A stretch of DNA of 64,000 nucleotides from an uncultured Gemmataceae bacterium (GCA_963750165.1 CAVVPN010000003.1:1024001-1088000); one strand, 5' to 3'; shown: positions 9,957 to 23,187, counted from the stretch's first letter. The notes: generated from the sequence alone by a model not told the origin. Numbers and translations: made by a program.

Positions 9957-12434
9957 CTACTGTTTCTGTTCGTTGGCGGCGGTGGCTTCCGGCGTCAGCG
10001 GTTCCAGCCAGACGAAGAAGATCACGAACTCGGTGCGCGGTGCCCGGTCGATATTTTTCTTGGCCGTGTCTTCCTCCTTCTTGCCGTCCTTGAGTCCGCC
10101 GTCCCTGGGGGCGGGCGGTTGCTGCTTGCCAACCCCGCCGGGGCCGCGCTCAGGGTTGTTGCCCTGGACGACGTTCGTGACCTCGGTGGCCACCTTGCCG
10201 CTGACCCGCCAGGCGTCGCGGCTGGTGTCCTTCTGCTCCGCCGGCTTGGTGTCCTCGCCGCCCGGGCCTTTCTTCGAGATGGCCGCCGGGCCCTCCTTGC
10301 CGACCCCGCCGGTCAGCTTCAGGGCCTCGCGGAGGTAGCTGGCCTGGATCACCTTGAACTCGCCCGGCTGCGGATTGCTGTCGGTTCGGGCGTAGTACAG
10401 GAAGGCGTAGCACACGCGGTCGCCGACCTGGGTACAGATCGGGTTGGTGTACTTCTTCTTGAACGTTTGCAATTCCTTTTCGTCCGTGATGTTCTTCGAC
10501 TTCTTGACGGAGTAGGTGCCGGGGTCGAGGCCGGCGGGGTTGGCCAGGTTCTCCACCAGCGTCTTGATGACGAAGTCTTCGCCACTGCGGTGGTAGGTGT
10601 AGCCGCGGACTTCCACCAGCCAGCCGGCCTCCTTGAGCTTCTCGACATCCCCCGTCAGGCGGTCGGCGTCTTCCTTGCTCATGCCCTTGCTGATGAGGTA
10701 GGGGGCCTTGTAATCCTTCTCCTTCAGGAAGGCGGCGAAGTCCTTGAGGTCATCGACCCACAACGACATGACGCCCTCAATGTTGAGGGTAATCAGGTCC
10801 TTCTTGATCTGCTCGTACTCCCTGTCGTCCTCCGCCTTGGGCGTGCGCTCCTGGGACAGCAGGAGGAGGCGTTTCTTCAGCAGCCGCCGGGCTTTTTCGG
10901 CCTCGACGCCGTTGAAGGCGCTGCGCACCAGACTGCCGTTGCGGGTGCGCTCCTGCAAGTGCTTGCCGTCCGGCCGCGGCACGGCGTCGTTGATGTACTT
11001 GTAGAGCAGGTTCCAGTTGAAGCGCTCGTTGACGCCGGCGGCGACGCGCAGGACCGTTTCGTGCGTCGCTTTGGTCTGGCCCTCCAGGCTGGCGACGGCG
11101 CTGTCCGCGTCCACGCCGACCTTGGTGATTTCCTTGCCCTTGTCGAGGGCCTTCTTGATGTCGGGGTCGGACCAGGCCTTGTACTCGAAGGCGCGGGCAA
11201 CGCCGAGGAAGGCGCACGCCGCCAGCAGCACCGCCGCGGCCGCCACCGCCCAGGGTTTCTTGGCGCGCACCATGCGCTCGAAGCGAATCTCCGGCGGCAG
11301 CAAGTTCGTCTGCAATCGCGTCATCGCCAGCCCTTGCAGGGCCAGGCCCTCGGCGACGGCGAAGCTCAAAATGTTCTCGGTGAACTGCGGCGCCGCCGTG
11401 ACGCTGTCGCCCTCCAGGCGCTGGATTTTCGTCAGCTTGCGCACGTCCATTTGCAGCTTTTCTTGCAGGAACTTTTGCAGGCCCGGCAGGCGGAAGGCGT
11501 TGCCCAGGCCGACCATGTACTTGATGTGAGCGTCGCGGTGCGTGTTGGTGAAGTAGCCCAGCGAACGCTGCACCTCGCTGACGAAGTCGTTGAGCACCGG
11601 CCGCAGGGCGCCGAGGATTTTCTTGAGGTCGGGCGACTTCATGGCGTTGCGCTTGAGGTGCTCGGCCTTGGCGAAGGTGAGCTTGAGGTCCTTGGTCAGG
11701 GCGCGGGTGAAGTGGTTGCCGCCGATGGGGATCGGCCGCTGCCAGATGATGCGTTCGCCGTCGGTGATGACCAGGTTGCTGTTATCGGTGCCGATGTCCA
11801 GGGCGACGACGCACTTCTTCTTGCCGGCGGCATCGTCCTCGCTCTCGTCCTCTTCCTCCGCGGCGGCGCCGGTGCCGACGCCCTTGCCGAGCAGGTCGTG
11901 GGCGACGAAGTTGCACAGCGCCAGCGGCGCCATCTGCACGACATGGACCTCGACGTTGACATCCTTGAAGTGTTGCAGATAGCGGTTGACCATGTCGCGT
12001 TTCATGGCGAACAGGCCGATTTCGGTCTCCAGGGCGTAGCCATCGGTGACGCCGCCGGAGCCGAGCTTCTGGTAGTCCCAGACGACCTCGTCGAGCGGGA
12101 AGGGAATCTGCTGCTTGGCCTCGAATTTGACGATGTCGCCGATCTTCTTTTCCTCGACCGGCGGCAGTTTGACGAAGCGCGCCAGACCGCTCTGGCCGGG
12201 GACGCTGATGCACACGGTATCGCCGCGCAGGATGTTGCGCGACAGGAACTTGTTGAGGGCCTCACGGGTCAGTTCGTCGGGGTCGGCGTCGGGCTGGCTG
12301 AGAATCTTGGGGTACTCGATATAATCGAAGGCGGTGGCGGTGACCTCGCCGTCGATCAGTTCGACGCGGAGGGCCTTGAGGGCACACTGGCCCAGGTCGA
12401 TGCCCCAGACGCCGGGGTTGCTTTTTTGCGCCAT
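9957..12434 (-). CDS. pilM: Type IV pilus assembly protein PilM with fused PilN-like C-terminal half
   Basis: GIDLGQCALK, FEAKQQIPFPLDEVVWDY and LDIGTDNS actin-like ATPase motifs; then TNLLP, a TM helix and a periplasmic domain. Confidence 0.9.
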   Translation of the reverse strand: MAQKSNPGVWGIDLGQCALKALRVELIDGEVTATAFDYIEYPKILSQPDADPDELTREALNKFLSRNILRGDTVCISVPGQSGLARFVKLPPVEEKKIGDIVKFEAKQQIPFPLDEVVWDYQKLGSGGVTDGYALETEIGLFAMKRDMVNRYLQHFKDVNVEVHVVQMAPLALCNFVAHDLLGKGVGTGAAAEEEDESEDDAAGKKKCVVALDIGTDNSNLVITDGERIIWQRPIPIGGNHFTRALTKDLKLTFAKAEHLKRNAMKSPDLKKILGALRPVLNDFVSEVQRSLGYFTNTHRDAHIKYMVGLGNAFRLPGLQKFLQEKLQMDVRKLTKIQRLEGDSVTAAPQFTENILSFAVAEGLALQGLAMTRLQTNLLPPEIRFERMVRAKKPWAVAAAAVLLAACAFLGVARAFEYKAWSDPDIKKALDKGKEITKVGVDADSAVASLEGQTKATHETVLRVAAGVNERFNWNLLYKYINDAVPRPDGKHLQERTRNGSLVRSAFNGVEAEKARRLLKKRLLLLSQERTPKAEDDREYEQIKKDLITLNIEGVMSLWVDDLKDFAAFLKEKDYKAPYLISKGMSKEDADRLTGDVEKLKEAGWLVEVRGYTYHRSGEDFVIKTLVENLANPAGLDPGTYSVKKSKNITDEKELQTFKKKYTNPICTQVGDRVCYAFLYYARTDSNPQPGEFKVIQASYLREALKLTGGVGKEGPAAISKKGPGGEDTKPAEQKDTSRDAWRVSGKVATEVTNVVQGNNPERGPGGVGKQQPPAPRDGGLKDGKKEEDTAKKNIDRAPRTEFVIFFVWLEPLTPEATAANEQKQ

Positions 12435-12645
12435 GTTTGCACCGTCTCCCGAAAGGGGCTGTCGCGAAAACCGCCGGCATCGCAAGAGCTTGCGTCAGGT
12501 TCCCGGCGGCGTGAACTTCCATCCACAAACGTATTCCGTCAAGGTAACATGTTACAAACGGCCCTGTCAACCGGCCGCCTATCCACTGGGTTACCTTAAA
12601 CTAGAGGGCGGCGGTTGGGAAACGGTTTCAAAAAAATCGGGGAGG

Positions 12646-12844
12646 AGTCATTAGTCATTAGTCATCAGTCATTAGGAGGCGCCGAACAACAACTTCGTAG
12701 GACGGCTCTCCAGAGCCGTCCCGACGGCTCTGGAGAGCCGTCCTACTCTTGGAAGTTGTTGTTCGGCGCCTCCTTAGTGACCTGGGTTCTGGCCCGACGC
12801 TTCGACCCTGGTTGCTAATGACTGATGGCTAATGACTAATGACT
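12646..12844. mobile_element. Nested palindromic element: (AGTCATT)4 inverted repeat, enclosing a MITE (12675-12773, TTA duplication), enclosing a GTAG-REP doublet (12697-12746)
   Basis: Outer arms 12646-12675 and 12815-12844 match 29/30; TIRs GGAGGCGCCGAACAACAACTTC are perfect and flanked by TTA on both sides; the inner REP is identical to the one at 4595. Confidence 0.85.
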
Positions 12845-12851
12845 GCATTGA

Positions 12852-14549
12852 ATGCTTCGCGAACTGTCCGTGCAGAACCTGGCCCTGATCGAGGACGTGC
12901 GCGTCGAGTTGCAGCCGGGCTTCTGCGCCTGGACCGGCGAGACCGGCGCCGGCAAGACGCTGTTGCTGACGGCGCTGGGTCTGCTCCTGGGCGAACGCGG
13001 CTCCAGCGAGCTGATCCGCAGCGGCGCCGATGAGCTACGCATCGTCGGCAGTTTTGAGCTGATGCGGCCGGAGTTGCGCCGGGAGGTCGAAACGCTGCTC
13101 AACACGACGCTGGAGGACGAGCAATTAATCGTTCTGCGCCGCCTGAACCGTGCCGGCCGCAGTTTCGCCTACGTCAACGACCAGCCCGTGGCGGTGGCGA
13201 CGCTGCGGCAACTGGGCAACGTGCTGGTGGACGTGCACGGTCAGCGGGAGAGCCTGTCGCTGCTGCTGCCCGCCTACCAGACGCACCTGCTCGACGCCTT
13301 CGGCCACCTGGAGAAGCCGCGGCAGACGTACATCGACCTGGCCGAGCGTGTCCGCCAACTGCGGCGGCGGCTGAAGGAGTTGACCGAGCACCGCCAGCTG
13401 CGGCAGCGCGAACTGGCCCTGCTGCGCTTCGAGCGCGACGAGCTGGACGCGGCCAACCTGGTGGCGGGCGAACTGGCGGAGTTGCTGAAGGAGCGTGAAC
13501 GGCTGGCGCACGCCTTTGCGATGCAGACCTTCGCGGAGACCGGTTGTGCCCGGTTGTACGACGAGGAGGGCTCGGTGTTCGAGCACGTCGGCAAGCTGGG
13601 CCGTGAGGCGGAGACGTGGAGCAAGCTGGACGGCACGTTGGAAGAGGTGGTGCGGCGGCTGAAGGCGCTCACGGCGGAGGTACAGGACGTGGCCGAGACG
13701 TTGCGGTCGCTGGCGCAGCGCTGGCAGGCGGACCCGGGGCGTCGCGAGGAGATCGAGGAACGCGTGCAACTGCTGCGGCGGCTGGAGACGAAGTACGGCA
13801 AGTCCGCCGATGAGCTGATCGCCTACCGCGCCACGCTGGACGCACAGGAAAAGCAGCTGGCACAGCAGGAGGAGGACCGCGAATCGGTGGAGACGGAATT
13901 GACGGCGGCGTTCGGCCAGTTGCGGCAGGCGGGGGCGGAGCTGAGCCGGCAGCGGCAGAAAGTTGCGAAGGGGCTGGCGGCGGCGGTGCAAAAGCACCTG
14001 GCGGACCTGGGCATGCCGGATGCGCAACTGGACGCGGCGCTGGAGCCGCAGCCGCTCGGCGACCATCCCATGACGGGAGACGTGCCGGCCAACGGGCTGG
14101 AGCAGCTGGAGCTGATGCTGGCGGCCAACAAGGGCGAGCCGGGCCGGCCGCTGCGCAAGATCGCCAGCGGCGGCGAGTTGTCGCGGACCATGCTGGCGCT
14201 GAAGACAGTGCTGGCGGCGCACGATCAGGTGGCCACGCTGGTGTTCGACGAGATCGACGCCAACGTCGGCGGCCGGCTGGGCGACGTGCTCGGCGAAAAG
14301 CTGGCGGCCCTGGGTCGGTCGCACCAGGTCATTTGCGTGACGCACCTGCCGCAGGTCGCCAGCTACGCCCGGCATCAGTGGACCATCCGCAAGGCGAAGC
14401 GCGGCAAGCGCACCGCGACGACGATCACGCTGCTGGCGGACCACGACCGGCTGGACGAGCTGGCAACCATGCTGCGCGGCGAGGCCCGCGGCGAGACGAC
14501 GCTGCAGGAGGCGGCGGCGATGCTGGAGGCGGCCCGCAAACGCTGGTGA
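12852..14549 (+). CDS. recN: DNA repair protein RecN
   Basis: TGETGAGKT Walker A, DVHGQ, ASGGELSR signature, VFDEID Walker B, CVTHLPQVA. Confidence 0.97.
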   Translation: MLRELSVQNLALIEDVRVELQPGFCAWTGETGAGKTLLLTALGLLLGERGSSELIRSGADELRIVGSFELMRPELRREVETLLNTTLEDEQLIVLRRLNRAGRSFAYVNDQPVAVATLRQLGNVLVDVHGQRESLSLLLPAYQTHLLDAFGHLEKPRQTYIDLAERVRQLRRRLKELTEHRQLRQRELALLRFERDELDAANLVAGELAELLKERERLAHAFAMQTFAETGCARLYDEEGSVFEHVGKLGREAETWSKLDGTLEEVVRRLKALTAEVQDVAETLRSLAQRWQADPGRREEIEERVQLLRRLETKYGKSADELIAYRATLDAQEKQLAQQEEDRESVETELTAAFGQLRQAGAELSRQRQKVAKGLAAAVQKHLADLGMPDAQLDAALEPQPLGDHPMTGDVPANGLEQLELMLAANKGEPGRPLRKIASGGELSRTMLALKTVLAAHDQVATLVFDEIDANVGGRLGDVLGEKLAALGRSHQVICVTHLPQVASYARHQWTIRKAKRGKRTATTITLLADHDRLDELATMLRGEARGETTLQEAAAMLEAARKRW

Positions 14550-14601
14550 CGCGGGCCTGTCGCTCTTGACCACTCGCTGCGGATGTGCTTTGCTCATTAA
14601 C

Positions 14602-15534
14602 ATGGGTGTTGAACCGCCTTGCCAGCCCACCGCGCCGCTGCCCTACCTGTGGATGCTGCTGAGCAACCTCCTTTTCGCCGGCATGGGAGCGTGCGCGCAC
14701 GCCCTCGGCCAGCGTCAGGTGGACTGGCAACTGGTGGTCGTCTGCCGGGCCGGACTGGTGCTGCTGTTCGCGTTTGGCCTGGCTCTGGGCGCGCGTGCGC
14801 CGCTGGTGCTGTGGCGGCCCGGCATCCTCTGGATGCGCTCGCTGGCCGGCAGCAGCAGCATGGTCTGCACCTTCTACGCCCTGACGCACCTGCCGCTGTC
14901 TGACGTGCTGACGCTCACCAACATGTTTCCGCTGTGGGTGGCGCTGTTGTCGTGGGGGGCGTTCGGCGAGCGGCCGGAGGCGAGGTTCTGGCTCGCGGTG
15001 CTCAGCGGTTTGGCCGGCGTGGCCCTGATCCAGCAGCCGCACCTTATGGAGGGCAATTTCGCCGTCCTCGCCGCCCTGGGTGCGTCGCTGTTCACGTCAG
15101 TGGCCATGCTCGGTCTGAACCGCCTGGGCGACCTCGATGCCCGGGCCATCGTCGTCCACTTCTCCGGCGTGGCGCTGGTGTTCTGCCTGGCCGCGTACTT
15201 CGTGTTCCCGCGCCGCTCCGACGTCGGAGAGTTGCCGGAGGGGCCGGAACTGCTGCTGCTGCTGGGCATCGGCGTCACGGCGACGATTGGGCAGATTTGT
15301 CTGACCAAGGCGTTCGTCAGCGGCCTGGCCACCAAAGTAGCGGTGGTGGGTCTGTCGCAGGTGGTGTTCGCGCTGCTGCTGGACGTGCTGCTGTTCCGCC
15401 AGCCAGTGCGGCCGCTGTCGCTGCTGGGCATGGCCCTGGTGCTGGCGCCGACCGCGTGGGTGATGCTCTCCGGCCGCGGCGAACCTGCCATGGAGACAAT
15501 CGTCTCGCCGCCGCCTATAAATGACGGTGAATGA
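14602..15534 (+). CDS. DMT/EamA family transporter
   Basis: About 10 hydrophobic segments in two EamA-like halves. Confidence 0.88.
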   Translation: MGVEPPCQPTAPLPYLWMLLSNLLFAGMGACAHALGQRQVDWQLVVVCRAGLVLLFAFGLALGARAPLVLWRPGILWMRSLAGSSSMVCTFYALTHLPLSDVLTLTNMFPLWVALLSWGAFGERPEARFWLAVLSGLAGVALIQQPHLMEGNFAVLAALGASLFTSVAMLGLNRLGDLDARAIVVHFSGVALVFCLAAYFVFPRRSDVGELPEGPELLLLLGIGVTATIGQICLTKAFVSGLATKVAVVGLSQVVFALLLDVLLFRQPVRPLSLLGMALVLAPTAWVMLSGRGEPAMETIVSPPPINDGE

Positions 15535-15571
15535 GTGTCTGTTTCGCAGCTTCCCGAGGGTGCAGCCGCCG

Positions 15572-16195
15572 ATGACCGCGAACGCCACCGACGACTTCCA
15601 GCAGCGTAAAAAGCAAATCCGCGAAGAGGCCCACCGCCGCCGCAATGAGCAGCCAGACAAGGACGCCCTGAGCCAGCACATCTGCGCCGCCTTCGTGGCC
15701 CTGCCCGAGTACGCCGCCGCGCGAACCGTGATGTTTTACGTCGATGTCCGCAGTGAGGTGCGCACGCGCCACTTCCTGCCGACCGCTCTGACGCACGGCA
15801 AGCGCATCGTCGTGCCCTACTGCGTCAACAACGAACTGGAGCTGTTTCTGCTGGAAAACATGGACGAACTCGCGGTCGGCATGTACCGGATTCTCGAACC
15901 GAAGGCGGAACTGCGGGCGCTGGCTGCCAAGCGCCTCGACGCGAAGGACCTGGACCTGGTGATGGTGCCGGGCGTGGCGTTCGACCGCCGCGGAGCGCGA
16001 ATGGGTCACGGCTTCGGCTATTACGACAAGCTGCTGCAGCACGCCCGGCCGGACGCGCCGCTGGTGGCCCTGGCGTTTGAGTGCCAGCTGTTCGACGAGA
16101 TTCCGACGGCGGCGCACGACATTTTCATGGACAAGATCATCACGGAGAAGGCGGTGTATGAGGGGCAGGGCCGCGGGGCGAGCGGCGCGGCGTAA
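15572..16195 (+). CDS. ygfA: 5-formyltetrahydrofolate cyclo-ligase
   Basis: GMYRILEP and DLVMVPGVAFDRRGARMGHGFGYYD signature. Confidence 0.95.
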   Translation: MTANATDDFQQRKKQIREEAHRRRNEQPDKDALSQHICAAFVALPEYAAARTVMFYVDVRSEVRTRHFLPTALTHGKRIVVPYCVNNELELFLLENMDELAVGMYRILEPKAELRALAAKRLDAKDLDLVMVPGVAFDRRGARMGHGFGYYDKLLQHARPDAPLVALAFECQLFDEIPTAAHDIFMDKIITEKAVYEGQGRGASGAA

Positions 16196-16247
16196 GGGCG
16201 CCGGTGACAGCGCTACCTACCGGCGGGCTGACGCCGCGCCGCTCGCC
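16177..16247. repeat. REP-like inverted pair (GGCGAGCGGCGCGGCGT...CCGGT)
   Basis: Imperfect inverted arms of about 29 bp between convergent genes, overlapping the ygfA stop. Confidence 0.65.
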
Positions 16248-16255
16248 TCACCCGT

Positions 16256-16771
16256 TCAGTGGTCCTTGCACAGCCGCGTGATGTGCCGCAGCATGTCGCG
16301 CACGGAGACGATGCCGGTGGCCTGGCCGTCGTTGACCACGGGGATGTGCCGATAGCCGCCGCTGTCCATCTTGTGCAGCGCGAACGCCAGCGTGTCGGTA
16401 GCGCTGACGCTCTCCGGGTTGGGCGTCATGAACCGCTCCAACGGCAACTCGGCGTAGTTGTCGTGGACGCCGGCAACCTTGGTGAGCAGGTCGCGTTCGC
16501 TGAAAATGCCGAGCAGTTTGCCCGCGGCGTCCACGACCAGTACGGCGCCGCAGTTGTGGCCGAGCATGATGGCGATGGCCGCCCGCACCGGCGCATCCGG
16601 CGGCAGCGCCACCGGCGGGTTCGGCTTCAGGGAGCCGACCCGATCCTCCATGAGGCTGCGCTCGACCTTGTTCGTCCAGATCGGTTGGTCGAGCGGCGCC
16701 AGAGGCAGCTGGCAGTTGCTGCACTCCTCGCTGCCGGGCAGGTTGTCGTGGCCGCAGGACGGACAGATCAT
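16256..16771 (-). CDS. Zinc-ribbon plus CBS-pair protein
   Basis: CPSC...CSNC N-terminus; GIFSERD and YRHIPVV CBS motifs. Confidence 0.9.
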   Translation of the reverse strand: MICPSCGHDNLPGSEECSNCQLPLAPLDQPIWTNKVERSLMEDRVGSLKPNPPVALPPDAPVRAAIAIMLGHNCGAVLVVDAAGKLLGIFSERDLLTKVAGVHDNYAELPLERFMTPNPESVSATDTLAFALHKMDSGGYRHIPVVNDGQATGIVSVRDMLRHITRLCKDH

Positions 16772-16790
16772 GTTTCACGCCCTGAAGTGT

Positions 16791-16863
16791 GGTCAGAAGT
16801 CAGAGGTCAGGCAGCCGGGTTTTTTCTGACTTCTGACCTCTGACTTCTGACCTCTGACCTCTG
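16791..16863. repeat. Heptamer tandem/inverted repeat (TCAGARG)n / (YTCTGAC)n
   Basis: About 3 units facing about 5 complementary units in the korB-CBS gap. Confidence 0.8.
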
Positions 16864-16864
16864 G

Positions 16865-17885
<1,021 letters not shown>

Positions 17886-17986
17886 GCAAACCCCCTGCTC
17901 TGTGTGTAGCCCAGCCGTCGTCGGTCGGGCGCCAGTCTGCGGTGTGGGCGTCTCTCTATCGGTATTGTAGGGCGTGAACCTGGGTC

Positions 17987-18071
17987 TGAATTTCTGCCGC
18001 CTGCGGCTTACGCTCTGCAACCTTTCTGATGTCAGTTGGGTTGTACGCGCCAAGCCGCAAGCGGCAGAAAT

Positions 18072-18074
<3 letters not shown>
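17987..18074. repeat. CCGCAAGCGG-type REP inverted pair between korA and korB
   Basis: TGAATTTCTGCCGCCTGCGGCTT / AAGCCGCAAGCGGCAGAAATTCA arms. Confidence 0.7.
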
Positions 18075-19959
<1,885 letters not shown>

Positions 19960-19979
19960 GACAACCTCAAAAATGGCGA

Positions 19980-20447
<468 letters not shown>

Positions 20448-20750
20448 ATCGGCTCTCACCGGCGGGCGGCACACAGCGGCTGTCGCGCGGTCACTGGCCC
20501 TTCACGCCCGGGACGACTCTTGTTTAAGATAGCACTCGCGTTCCGGGTTGGCGGAACAATCGGGAGACGTCAGCGGGATTCGCGGAAGGACGTTCTCGAA
20601 CTTGTTTGCGCACGTTGCGTGACGGTTACCTGTGCATCTACCTTAATTCTCGACAAAAGGCGCGCGACCGGCAAGGGCGAAACCCGCGCTGCCCCCCGGC
20701 GCGGCGGACGGCGGTTGGTGTGAAGCTGTGAAAACGTGATCATCCGTGGG

Positions 20751-20817
20751 TCTTCGTGGGGCAGACATTCCTGTCTGCCATAGCATCCGGCAGACAGGAA
20801 TGTCTGCCCCACGAAGA
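20751..20817. repeat. GTGG-type REP doublet
   Basis: TCTTCGTGGGGCAGACATTCCTGTCTGCC plus its exact inverted copy. Confidence 0.9.
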
Positions 20818-20837
20818 AGCGAAGAGGGCCGACGCAC

Positions 20838-21683
20838 ATGCCCCAGCCCGACCGCCTGCTGCCCCTGTTGCGCCGCGCTGCCGTGCTGTGGCGAGCCACG
20901 CCCGGCCGCCGCGGCCGTCTGGTGTGTCCGCCCGACGCCACCGAACTGCTGGTCGGCGGCGATCTGCACGGCAACGTGGACAATTTTCGCCGGCTGCTGG
21001 TGGCCGCCGACCTCGCGCAGCAGTCGCGGCGACACCTGGTATTGCAGGAAGCGGTTCACGGCCCACACCGCTACCCGCAGGGCGGCGACAAGTCGCACCA
21101 GCTGCTCGACCTGATCGCGGCGCTGACCTGCCAGTTCCCGGGCCGCGTCCACTTCCTGCTCGGCAACCACGAGCTGGCGCAGTGGACGGAACAGACGATT
21201 TCCAAGGGGGACGATGACCTGAACGACCTGTTCCGGGCAGGCGTGGCCAGCGCTTACGGCAACCGGGCCGACGAGGTGTATGCCGCTTACCTGGACCTGT
21301 TCGCAGCAGCGCCGCTGGCGCTGCGGACGGCGAACCGTGTGTTCGTCAGTCACAGTCTGCCGTCGGCGCGGCGGCTGGCTAGCTTCGACCTGGCGCTGCT
21401 GGAGCGTGAGCGGCAGGACGAGGCGGAGTTGCTGGTGGGCGGCGGCGTCCATGCGCTGGTGTGGGGCCGCGACACCACGCCGGCGAACGTGGCCGACTTC
21501 CTGGGCAGGGTGGACGCGGACCTGCTCATCAGCGGCCACATTCCTTGCGACGACGGTTTCGCGGTGCCGAACGAGCGACAGCTGATCCTGGACAGCCATG
21601 CGGACCCGGCCTGTTACGGTTTGTTCCCGGCCGACCGGCCGCTGACGCACACCGAACTGGTCGGCTGTGTGGCGAAGCTGTGA
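20838..21683 (+). CDS. Calcineurin-like metallophosphoesterase
   Basis: GDLHG, LLGNHE, VSHS and ISGH motifs. Confidence 0.88.
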   Translation: MPQPDRLLPLLRRAAVLWRATPGRRGRLVCPPDATELLVGGDLHGNVDNFRRLLVAADLAQQSRRHLVLQEAVHGPHRYPQGGDKSHQLLDLIAALTCQFPGRVHFLLGNHELAQWTEQTISKGDDDLNDLFRAGVASAYGNRADEVYAAYLDLFAAAPLALRTANRVFVSHSLPSARRLASFDLALLERERQDEAELLVGGGVHALVWGRDTTPANVADFLGRVDADLLISGHIPCDDGFAVPNERQLILDSHADPACYGLFPADRPLTHTELVGCVAKL

Positions 21684-21713
21684 CCTTTGCGGAGGAGCGG
21701 GAGAATTGCGGAT

Positions 21714-22376
21714 ATGCGGGACGAAGCGGATTTGCCGGAGACGGTGCGTGAGACGGTCATCGTCGAGGAACAGACGTTCCTGATCGACCGGCCTGACGAG
21801 GCGGTGATGTACCAGGGCTTCAACCCGGGCAAGCCGGGCGTGCCCTACGAGGAGATGCCGTACTGGAGCGACATCTGGCCGGCGGCGCGGATGCTGGCCA
21901 AGGTGCTGTTGCGCGAGGAATGGCCGCCGGGAAGCCTGGCGCTGGAGGTCGGCTGCGGCCTGGGGCTGCCGGGCGTCGTGGCGCTGGCGCGCGGGCTGCG
22001 CGTCACCTTCAGCGATTACCATCGGCTGGCCCTGCGCTACGCCGAGCGCAACGCCCGGTTGAACGGCTTCGATCAGTTCGAGACGCTGGCCCTGGACTGG
22101 CGGCACCCGCCCGCGGACTTGCGCGTGGACTTGGTGCTGGGCTCCGATCTGATTTACGAGATCGACAACGTGGCGCCGCTGGTGGGCCTCATCAAGCAGG
22201 TGCTGAGGCAGGACGGACAGTGTCTGCTGACCGATCAGGAGCGCGTGCCGGCGTTCGCGGTGCGGGAGGCGCTGACGCAGGCGGGGCTGACGTTCACGAC
22301 ACAGACGCTGCGGGCGGGACAGCCCGGCGGCCGGCGCATCAAGGGGACGCTGTACTGCATCCGGCACTCCTCGTAG
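21714..22376 (+). CDS. Class I SAM methyltransferase (Methyltransf_16-like)
   Basis: PYWSDIWPAA, LEVGCGLGLPG and GSDLIY motifs. Confidence 0.88.
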   Translation: MRDEADLPETVRETVIVEEQTFLIDRPDEAVMYQGFNPGKPGVPYEEMPYWSDIWPAARMLAKVLLREEWPPGSLALEVGCGLGLPGVVALARGLRVTFSDYHRLALRYAERNARLNGFDQFETLALDWRHPPADLRVDLVLGSDLIYEIDNVAPLVGLIKQVLRQDGQCLLTDQERVPAFAVREALTQAGLTFTTQTLRAGQPGGRRIKGTLYCIRHSS

Positions 22377-22441
22377 CGTAGGCGGCGGGGCTTCCGTTCA
22401 GGGCTGTGATTGGGTACGCTTGGCATAAGGAGGAACAAGCC

Positions 22442-23170
22442 ATGCCGCTACGGGATCACTTTCATCCGCCGTTGACGAAGATCCCGTCCTGGGAAGAACT
22501 CCACGGGGGCTGGCCGATGGTCATCGTCCAGCAACTTCGCAAGCAGTTGCCGCCCGGCTACGTCTCCGCGCCGCGGGTTCACCTCGGCGTGATGGTGGAG
22601 ATCGATGTCGCCGCCTACGAGAAGAAAGCCCCGTCGGCCTCCGATAACCCGAACCGCAACGGCGGGGCGCCGGCGGTGTGGGCGCCGGCGGCGCCGAGCG
22701 TCGCCGTCGAAACCGAGTTGCCGGACGACGACGAGTACGAGGTCCGCATTTACGACGCCGAACGGGGCCGGACCCTGGTGGCGGCGATCGAGATCGTCAG
22801 CCCGGCGACCAAGGACCGGCCCGAAACGCGGAACGCCTTCGTCGGGAAGTGTGCCGCCCTCCTGCGGAACGGCGTGGCGGTCAGTATCGTGGACGTCGTG
22901 ACCGCTCGCCGCTGCAACCTGTACGCGGAGTTGATGGCCTTCCTCGGCCACCCCGACCAGACCCTCGGCCCGGAACCGCCCCCGGTGTATGCCGCTTCGT
23001 GCCGGTGGCTGCGCAAGTCGGCCCGGGCCGTCCTCGAAACGTGGTCGCATGCCCTGATCATCGGGCAACCGCTGCCGACCCTCCCGTTGTGGCTGACCGA
23101 CACCCTGTCCGTGCCGCTCGACCTGGAACGTAGTTACGAGCAGGCGTGCGAGGACCTGAGCATCCCGTGA
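22442..23170 (+). CDS. DUF4058 family protein (PD-(D/E)xK-like)
   Basis: MPLRDHF start, AAIEIVSP..KD and LPTLPLWL...LDLE.SY motifs. Confidence 0.85.
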   Translation: MPLRDHFHPPLTKIPSWEELHGGWPMVIVQQLRKQLPPGYVSAPRVHLGVMVEIDVAAYEKKAPSASDNPNRNGGAPAVWAPAAPSVAVETELPDDDEYEVRIYDAERGRTLVAAIEIVSPATKDRPETRNAFVGKCAALLRNGVAVSIVDVVTARRCNLYAELMAFLGHPDQTLGPEPPPVYAASCRWLRKSARAVLETWSHALIIGQPLPTLPLWLTDTLSVPLDLERSYEQACEDLSIP

Positions 23171-23187
23171 CCTGACACTTTGTGCCG

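Noticed and set aside
12544..12555. Perfect palindrome GTAACATGTTAC between pilM and recN as an SOS box
   Set aside because: Single occurrence and no match to a LexA motif I know; cannot be supported.
7530..12599. 1689-aa plus-strand ORF, and similar long ORFs at 39-1871, 37259-39841 and 42025-44163
   Set aside because: Antisense shadows of motif-bearing minus-strand genes; expected in high-GC DNA.
15480..15571. 6S RNA expected upstream of ygfA
   Set aside because: Only 37 bp separate the EamA stop from the ygfA start, so there is no room.
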